This document shows, piece by piece, positions 55,183-64,000 of a DNA stretch of 64,000 bases. This stretch comes from Octopus sinensis (Eukaryota), in the NCBI RefSeq assembly GCF_006345805.1, contig NC_043007.1:310001-374000 (forward strand), given 5' to 3'. The notes beneath the pieces are model-generated. The model was not told the DNA's origin. It did no database searches and saw only the letters and a list, made by a program, of their open reading frames with translations. A program made the position numbers and the translations under genes. Each line of letters begins with the position of its first letter. Position 1 is the first letter of the stretch.

Positions 55183-55221
<39 letters not shown>

Positions 55222-57332
55222 CATGAGGGTGTGTATATAAGTATATGAAATAAATCTCTGTGTCGTCTTGTGTCTGTATTCGTGTATTTTTCTTTATATA
55301 TTTTACATCCTTGTCTTTCGGTTGCCTCCTGATTTCTTCTGCGATTTATAGTTCTAATATAAATTGGATAAGAATACTGAAAGTCACTTCGAGAAATGTG
55401 TTGTACAATATCTTCTGTATTTTATGTAACACGTAACCATAATAGATCGGAACCTATTACGAATTACTGTAAGAGGTATTTTTTTTTCTTTTTATTCCAC
55501 AGAAAATCATAAAGCAAATTTCCTAATGAAACAGCATAAAAGGAAACTCGAAACATGCAATACAGTTCGCTGTAAAACCGTTTAGATATATCTGCTAATA
55601 TATAAGGAATCTGACGACGTTTATAGCCTGTTTATGGGCCAGAGAATGTAGGAGATTGTTAATGGATGCTTCAATAGGCTTGGAGATAATCAGCCGATAT
55701 TTTAGAAGTTTCTTTTTGTGTAGCATCCGTTCTGTTAGTGTTGTTGTTGTTGTTGATGTCCTTGATGGTGTTATTTTTGCAGTTGTTGTTCAGATCCCAA
55801 GGCAGCTCCACTCATGCATATCAGTGATCAAAGGCATATCTATGGTCGGAATATAGTGAATCCTGCTTTTCTTTTCCTTTTTAGCAATGGTGTATCCCTG
55901 GCTACATTATATATGTCCATTTATAAACAAAAAGTGGCCTGTAGTTTGAGAGAAATATGGGGTACTACTTTTGGCAGTGTTAGCGACCACATAGTGGCAT
56001 TTTCCTATGTTTTGTTACAAGTCATTTAAAAGCACAAGATACGTTTTACTATTTACTTAAGAGATTTGTATCAAAATCAGGCGGTTTCGCTTCCTTGGTT
56101 TAACGGATGTCTTGAGCAAATGCCTTCTATTGTAGCCTCAGATAAACCTAAGACTTGCACTGGTTAATCAGAAACTATGTGGCAACTTGCAAAATAAATA
56201 AGCATTTACCTTTCCTTAGATGGTAGACCATCTGTCCATTGATTGATAACATCATTCCGGAAAGGGGTCGATTTAATAAGTACCATTCCGGAAAGGTGTC
56301 CCGGTTTGAAGACACCCTGATACCCTATTTCCATTTGCAGGAACATAAAAGTCATTATTTTTATTCTCCTTTTCCGCTAACTAGTCGGCAAAACGATTTG
56401 AAGGGCCATAGTTTTTTTCCCCTAATCCTCTGAAATGAAGTATAGAACTCGTATTATAGGTTCGTGTAAAGCCAACAGAGAACACAGTTAAATTTGTGAG
56501 CATTTTGTTTCTTCTATCTTAAATTTATAGTCGATGTTTGAAAATTGTTCTTAAAAATGAGAAAAGTTTACACCATAGGAACATCGATCAGTTTCTATAA
56601 AACACACTCGGCAGCAGTGATTATTGACACAAGAGTTCACGGTTAAAATGCGTGCATCAGAAAATGTGTGGGGTGTTAAAAACATTATTCCCTTTGCTCT
56701 TACATTTATATGCTCGTACTTAATATTGATCTACTTAATCAAAGATTTTAGTTGCTGGAGCAGTCATACTAAGCAAAATGTGTTGGGAGAAGAGAGAGAG
56801 AGTGAGAGAGGGAGAGATAGAAAAAGAGAGAGAGAAGTGTTTAGCGGATGATCAGAATGAGGAAAAACATGGAACGTTATATAATCGTACAATCACGTGC
56901 ACAGGCTTACGGTCGTATGTACGAAAGTGGCACTTTACGTTAAAGAGAGAGAGTGCGTTAGAAATATATATATATATATATTTCGGTACCGTGTTTGCAT
57001 CTAGTCCAGCAAATTACATTTATAACGGACCATGCTGATGATGGCTGCAGTTTTCCTTGCGGAAAATAACAGCTGAAACTAATTTAGTACATGGGTAATT
57101 ATTTTATTTCGTATATTTTTCACTTGTTTATTGCTATGGTTTTGTGTTGAGTTTGATCTGAGAACACAATCTTTTGTGGTGAATGGCGATTTGACGTCTA
57201 TATCTAGCATGTTGACTGTCCACTTTTCGTGTTCAGTCCTTAATTGGTATATATAAATATTTTAATCTTCGGATTCTTTTTTAATATGCTAGACCACTGG
57301 TCTTAATTGATAAATATCAATTTCTACCCTTA

Positions 57333-57340
<8 letters not shown>

Positions 57341-57417
<77 letters not shown>

Positions 57418-57533
57418 TAGATAGATAAATAGATAGATAGGTAGATAGATACATAATAGATAGGTAAATAGATAGATAGATAGATACATACATACATACA
57501 TACATACATAAATATATATATGTATATATATAT

Positions 57534-57588
<55 letters not shown>

Positions 57589-57589
57589 T

Positions 57590-57672
<83 letters not shown>

Positions 57673-57760
57673 GATAGATAGATAGATAGATAGATAGATA
57701 GGTAAGTTAGTAGATAGATAAATAGAAAGAAAGAGAGAGAGATAGAGAAAAGAGAGAGAA
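57341..57760. repeat. (TA)n plus a long (TAGA)n array
   Basis: Directly visible. Confidence 0.95.
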
Positions 57761-58759
57761 GTGACACCGAGTGAGGTAGGTGTCGTAGAGAAAAAGAGAG
57801 TAAAGTGTATACCGATAAAAGGTGGTGAAGGGTCAGCTAGTAGCTACTACAGGCAATGGCATCGCTTAATGGAGGAATCAGTGATATTTATGGAATTGGT
57901 AAGAAGGCGATAACGTGAACTATTTTTCATAGTAATTTATGGAAGTAAATGTGCCTTGGAAAAGAATTTCCTATTTGTCATGGCATTTTTACATCCAATG
58001 TTTCCTCACAATGAATTTTTATGGCACAGCGATCACACAGGATTCGTGTTCTCATTCGAGTAATTATGGATTTCATAGCTTTCGACTGGCTATTAGGCGT
58101 GAATTCAATATTGCCCAGAAAATAGGGAACCATTCCTACAGTATTTTAGTGGAAAACTACTCAAAAGGTTGGACCATTTTGCTGGCAGATTATTGGGGGT
58201 TATAAATCTTAGATGCGAGTTTAAGAGTTTGTTAGGATAATGAGCCATCTCGATGTAGGAGATGAAATAATTTTATAACTACCTGTTCCCAATTACACGG
58301 CATTTTTCATTTCTGGAAACATGTCTATGGAAACGTGCATCAGGATTTTTCAAGAGCTTATGGAAATAGTAGAATGTCCGTCAACATTTAAAATAATATC
58401 TGCTGCTGTTTGTACCTTTTAGAATTCTCCAAATTGTAATTCGATGCTGCACACCATTTTGCAGAACAGATCATAAAAGACATTTGAATTTTAATCAGAG
58501 GAGAAAGACAAGATTTAGAAAAATCCATTCTTCTTGTGATGTATAGTAATGTAATCGAAAATGAAACTATCAGAAAATGTGTCTTCTACAAAAGCAAAGA
58601 AAATTTAAGAACATAAATTGAACAAAAACTTGCGCTTAATTGAATTCTTTATTTAATTTGGATAATGAACAATAACTAACAGCTGAAAAGAAGAGAAAAT
58701 ATTCTGGAATATATTTGCTTTTAGTTGACATTCTAGTAAGATAAGTTAAAAGTTATAAA

Positions 58760-59345
58760 TTCTTCTACTATATGCACAAAGCCTGAAGATTTAGGGGAAG
58801 AAACTAGTCGATTAGATCGATTTACTGCTTAGCTGGTGCATATTTTATCGACCCCGAAAAGATAAAAGACAAAGTCGAGCTCGGCGGAGTTCGAACTCCA
58901 GGAAATCCAGGAAAAATACATATTTTTTATTACCCACAAGGGGCTACACATAGAGGGGACAAACAAGGACAGACAAAGGTATTAAGTCGATTACATCGTC
59001 CCTAGTGCGTAACTGGTACTTAATTTATTGACCCCGAAAGGATGAAAGGCAAAGTCGAGCTCGGCGGAGTTCGAACTCCAGGAAATCCAGGAAAAATATA
59101 TATTTCTTTATTACCCACCAGGGGCTAAACATAGAGGGGACAAACAAGGACAGACAAAGGTATTAAGTCGATTACATTGTCCCCAGTGCGTAACTGGTAC
59201 TTAATTTATCGACCCCGAAAGGATGAAAGGCAAAGTCGACCTCGGCGTTATTTGAACTCAGAATGTAACTGCAGACGAAAGAAAGCCAGGAAAGATACCG
59301 CTATGGATTTCGTTTGGCGTTTGAACGATTCTAAGAGTTCGTCAT
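58760..59345 (-). mobile_element. SINE family B trimer with a 180-bp internal tandem duplication
   Basis: aaagtcgagctcggcggagttcgaactccaggaaatccaggaaaaata recurs at 58871 and 59051; a third domain copy lies at ~59205-59260. Confidence 0.85.
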
Positions 59346-59388
59346 TTTTGGTAAAATCATTTTTCATTTGCATGACTGTGATTTGTAT

Positions 59389-59535
59389 ACATTATTTACA
59401 TTACTTACATTTGACGGATATATTTGTCCTCATCTTGTTTGTTGTTAACACAACGTTTCGGCTGATATACCCTCCAGCCTTCAAACAAGATGAGGACAAA
59501 TGTCCGTCAAATGTAAATAATGTAACTAATGTACA
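59389..59535. mobile_element. Penelope-like terminal fragment in inverted arrangement (same family as 48850-48950)
   Basis: acatttgacggatatttgtcctcatcttgtttg / caaacaagatgaggacaaatgtccgtcaaatgt arms enclose a minus-strand hammerhead remnant lacking its 5' core box. Confidence 0.6.
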
Positions 59536-59849
59536 TAATTCCTCGTCTCTTAAATATGGAACTTTGTGATTTTAATGTATCAGGTACTGCGCGGATTGGT
59601 ATTGTTGCGACATTACTCTTAGATGATAAGACATCACACAAATTCTTTAACTTCCCAGTACATTTAATCGATACAAGCACTTGTGATATATTTTCATACT
59701 CAGAACAAGCATGATTCTTTAAAGATTAAGATTTAATCGTCATTGATGACGTATCGATATTACATTACAACGAATGCCATCGATAAATGCCTTCAAGATA
59801 TTGCTAGCAATAGATAGCCTTATTTCTTCATAAGAATCATCATTTCATT

Positions 59850-60078
59850 GTAAGGCAGAATTGTTAGCACGCCGGGCGAAATGCTTAGCAGTATTTCATC
59901 TGCCGTTACGTTCTGAGTTCAAATTCCGCCGAGGTCGACTTTGCTTTTCATCCTTTCGGGGTCGATAAATTAAGTACCAGTTACGCACTGGGGTCGATGT
60001 AATTGACTTAATCTCTTTGTCAGTCCTCGTTTGTCCCCTCTATGTTCAGCCCCTAGTGGGCAATAAAGAAATAAGAAA
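59850..60078 (+). mobile_element. SINE family B monomer
   Basis: Well-conserved head, domain and tail; catcatttca is repeated on both flanks as a probable TSD. Confidence 0.88.
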
Positions 60079-60317
60079 CATCATTTCACTGAGTGGAGTT
60101 CGCAGACAAGTGTTACGAATATTTTCACCAGAAAAACGCTTTTGTTATTGAAATATACCCCAGACTATTACAGGCTACCTCGAAATTTAAGGTTTCTGCA
60201 TAGAAGATGAACCACACCGATTATGTTAGGATTAACATCAGATAATACAGAAGTACCATATTCTTCATGCATCGGAAAATTGACATTAAGTTGAATTTTT
60301 AGATATCTGAGGAACAG

Positions 60318-60360
<43 letters not shown>

Positions 60361-60814
60361 CAGAGAGGCAGAAACAGAGACAAGGATAGAGGCAGACAGA
60401 CAAAGATGATCCCGCGTTATACTTTCTAAGTACTACGTCCGTCTTTCTTTAGAAATTCTATCAGGAACTGTCGTAACGCATTTTAATGCAGATCAAGTAT
60501 CAATAATAAAACATATATTAAACTTCACATAATAGAATTACTTAACTCATTAACTCCATATGGAATGTCACCGTATGTAATATATATAAAAACAGCACCA
60601 GTTGTCATGATGTTTCGTAGGGTATCAGGTAATAAAGGGCTTTTGATGGAACTAGACTAGTGTTAGCGTACATCGTGGAAAGTTTGTTAACAAATGGGAA
60701 CTTGTGCTGTAGACTTGCACTTGCTAAATCAAATTGTGCAAAAAGGTATCACATCTTAGATTAACTGTTTGATGCGATTAAATATTTAATATGGTAGGGA
60801 TTTGCTTAACACAA

Positions 60815-61223
60815 ATATTCTTTTCTACTCTAGGCACAAGGCCCAACATTTTTGGGTAGGGAACCAGTCGATTAGATCGATCCCACTACGCAACTGCTAC
60901 TTAATTTATCGACCTCGAAATGATGAAAGGCAAAGCCGACCTTGGCGGAATTTGAACACAGAATGTAACGGCAGATGAAATACTTATTTCGATTTCTTCA
61001 TTACCCACAAGGGGCTAAACACAGAGAGGACAAACAAGGACAGACAAACGGATTAAGTTGATTGTATCGACGCCAGTACTCAACTGGTACTTATTTAATC
61101 GACCCCGAAAGGTTGACAGGAAAAGTCGACCTCCGCGGAATTTGAACTCAGAACGTAACGGCAGACGAAATACGGCCACGCATTTCGCCCGGCGTGCTAG
61201 CGTTTCTGCCAGATCGCCGCCTT
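60815..61223 (-). mobile_element. SINE family B dimer
   Basis: Same dimer architecture as 40305 and 52903. Confidence 0.88.
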
Positions 61224-61602
61224 AGCTGAGAACAATATTGCATTCTCAACAGCTGGGATATCAACAGATGTGGTCAAGCGACTTCATAACAATAAGCAAA
61301 AAAAACTACAGCAAAGACTATCACTAAAAACGCCGTATATAAGACATTAGTAAATGAATGGTGTGAATGTACGACCACGATAGTTTTGATTACCATAATT
61401 AATTGTGTAATGACTCTAATGAAACGACGTTGTCATAATTATAACGATATAACATTAACAGCGCCATGATTATCGTCGTCTGGTGTGTTTGATGTCAAGG
61501 CAGAAACGACATAACTCTTTGTTGCTTTTCATCTATCCACACAGAAGAGAAATTCTATGTTTGTTGAAAAAATTTTGTACAAATATACAAACAGCTATAC
61601 GT

Positions 61603-61603
<1 letters not shown>

Positions 61604-61639
<36 letters not shown>

Positions 61640-61692
61640 CAATCTATCTATATCTATCTATCTATCTATCTATCTATCTACTATCTATCTAT

Positions 61693-61730
<38 letters not shown>

Positions 61731-61870
61731 GATATATTATTATATATATATATATACATATTAGATATATATATTTATATAGATATATATATATAGAAAT
61801 ATATATATATGTATATACGTATATATATATACATATATAGATATATATATACATATAATATATATGTATA

Positions 61871-61921
<51 letters not shown>

Positions 61922-62010
61922 GATAGATAGATAGATAGATATTCATGCATACATATGCATACATACATACGTACATACGTACACAAATACATCTTGCGTG
62001 TGTGTGTGTG
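61604..62010. repeat. Compound (TA)n/(TCTA)n microsatellite
   Basis: Directly visible. Confidence 0.9.
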
Positions 62011-62111
62011 ATATCAGAACAATTATTTGATTTTAGTCACCAGCAGGCATGGCTGTCCGAGGGGTCAAATACTATATATAATTAAAACAACGATGTGTTT
62101 TTTCACGCACT

Positions 62112-62142
<31 letters not shown>

Positions 62143-62159
62143 TCACCCACTGTCAGATT

Positions 62160-62460
62160 ACAATCGTGTGGTTGTGAGTTCGATTCATGGACCGGGTTGT
62201 ATTCTGTGTTCTTGGGCAAGACACTTTATTTCACGTTGCTCCACTTCACACAGCTGTAGAGTGAGTCGTGACGTCACTGGTGCCAAGATGTATCGGCATT
62301 TGGATTTCCCTTGGACAATATCGGTGGCGTGGAGAGGAGAGAATGATACGAATCGGCGACTGCTGGTTTTCCTAAACAATCTTACCCAGACTTGTGCCTA
62401 GAATGGAAATTTCCTAGTTGCACTCACGGTCGTTCGTGATTGAAGGAGAACTTTGCCCTT
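62160..62460 (+). mobile_element. SINE family C, 5' truncated
   Basis: ggttgtgagttcgattc...gtgttcttgggcaagacactttatttcacgttgctcc...cactggtgccaagatgtatc matches the reverse complement of 51668-52007. Confidence 0.8.
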
Positions 62461-62484
62461 TAGCCAAAAGGAGTGTATATACGT

Positions 62485-62660
62485 GAGTACGTGGAACAAA
62501 ATGCTTAGCAGCATTTATCCCGTGTTTAGTTTCTGGGTTCAAATTTCGCCGGGGTTCATTTTACTTTACATCTTTCCGGGGTCAACTGAGCACTGAATTC
62601 GATGTAATCGACTATACCACTCCCCTGAAATTGCTGGCCTCGTGCCAAAATTTGAAATCC
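62485..62660 (+). mobile_element. SINE family B, diverged
   Basis: aaatgcttagcagcattt...ggttcaaatttcgccgggg...gaaattgctggcctcgtgccaaaatttgaaa. Confidence 0.65.
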
Positions 62661-62684
62661 ATATTATAGTATTTAACATATGTA

Positions 62685-63463
62685 CAGGGTGCCGCAAAAT
62701 GATCTGTCATATTTGGAAGTTTAATAAAAGTAAAATAGAGTAAAGAACGAAAAATATTCTTTTTTGTTTTCGATACGTTCATATAATGCCATTTTGTTTC
62801 AATTCGTGCCATTTGTGACATTTTGTTTCGATTCGCTTTCAGTTGCCAACATAACTGGACGGGCGAGCATCGCACTTTCATTGTAGAAACCTTTATCAAT
62901 AACAACGAATCTATAATTACAACACTAAGAGAGTTCCGTGTTCACTTCAGGCCTGGCAGACATGGTCATGTGCCTACTCGAAATTCTACAGCAGTACAAT
63001 TCGGCATTTGGGGTGGTACTTCTTGAAAGAAGACAATATTATGACTGCGAACTCTGATCGATATTCTGTGACACTGGATACTTCTCTGAAACCCAAATGG
63101 AACGGATTTGACGATAGGGGCAACGTTTGGCTTCAACAAGATGGCAGGGTGTGGTGGTGATCCCTGCTGTACTCTTTCACCATAACTTTCTCTCACTCTT
63201 ACTTCCTATTTCTGTTGTACCTGTATTTCAAAGGGCCGGCCTTGTCACTCTCTGTGTCACGCTGAATCTCCCCGAGAACTACGTTAAGGGTACACGTGTC
63301 TGTGGGGTGCTCAGCCACTTACACGTTAATTTCACGAGCAGGCTGTTCCGTTGATTCGGATCAACCGGAATCCACGTCGTCGTAACCGACGGAGTGCTTC
63401 CACAAAAGGGCGCATTTATATTTTTAAACCTAGAAATATGTGAGATCATTTTGTCGCACCGTG
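62685..63463 (+). mobile_element. Internally deleted Tc1/mariner-superfamily element (CAGGGTG TIR, DUF4817-type transposase) with both TIRs and TA TSD
   Basis: TA|cagggtgccgcaaaatgatctgtcatattt ... aaatatgtgagatcattttgtcgcaccgtg|TA; peptides WTGEHRTFIVETFINNNESIITTLREFRVHF and NSDRY...NVWLQQDG. Confidence 0.85.
63160..63407 (+). mobile_element. Probable retroposon (SINE/LINE 3' part) nested in the DNA transposon
   Basis: GC-richer non-transposase segment (cacgctgaatctccccgagaactacgttaaggg...gtcgtcgtaaccgacggagtgc) interrupting the element right after the QQDG motif. It is single-copy in this window. Confidence 0.5.
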
Positions 63464-64000
63464 TATATATCATGAAAGAATATACATTATTGAGCAAATC
63501 CACAATATAAAATATGGAGTAAATAAAGATGGTTATATATAATATTTTATGCCATCAAAATTAATAGTTACTTTTATGCTTCGCCAAGTTTCGCATAGTA
63601 GATTGTGGGGTGAAATTCATAAGTAACTATTTGTTTCTATATCAAACACTATATAGAGAAAATATTATCACGTAATCCCAAGTTCGAACTTATGATATCT
63701 AAAGATACACAATATTTTTCATCTAATTATCTAAGCGTGATAGCATTGATAAGCGTGCATAATCGATTTTATTATTCCTCGATGTTACGTATATCAGATA
63801 TCAGTGACCATGTTAATTTGAGTTCGATGATTCATTAATTCTAGAATAGAATAGAATAGAAGGAACCGATACGAATGAAAGTATGGAGAGCAACTCGCAT
63901 ATTGTGTGTCATAAATATGAGAAATGAAATTCTAGGAGCCACAAAATAACAGGAAATATTTTACTAGCATGCAATGAGCAGAACAATCATGGAGAAAAAA

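Noticed and set aside
57939-58205. ENYSKGWTILLADYWG, faintly like the RYQGxWxxxMLADYCW C-terminus of Chapaev-type transposases
   Set aside because: The similarity is too short, other motifs are not recognisable and no TIRs were found; blastx would be needed.

Overview
This is eukaryotic, AT-rich, repeat-saturated DNA with one 100-N assembly gap (7355-7454). The SINE families and the (TA)n/(CA)n/(TACA)n/(TAGA)n density point to a coleoid cephalopod, most likely Octopus; this is an inference from recalled repeat sequences, not a database result. Almost all supplied ORFs are microsatellite or SINE translations. The window contains three or more tRNA-headed SINE families in dozens of copies, six decayed Tc1/mariner-superfamily transposase remnants, several MITE/foldback elements, RTE-like and CR1/L2-like LINE 3' ends, and Penelope-like fragments carrying minimal hammerhead motifs. 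There is one plausible host terminal coding exon (minus strand, 36974-37191). The best leads are: (1) a ~130-bp inverted duplicate covering that exon's stop codon and proximal 3'UTR, a candidate dsRNA/ADAR substrate; (2) a multi-copy short repeat with a non-canonical hammerhead core (CUGUAGA); (3) a ~560-bp foldback element. No intact gene, rRNA, true tRNA or CRISPR array is visible. Boundaries of decayed repeats are approximate.
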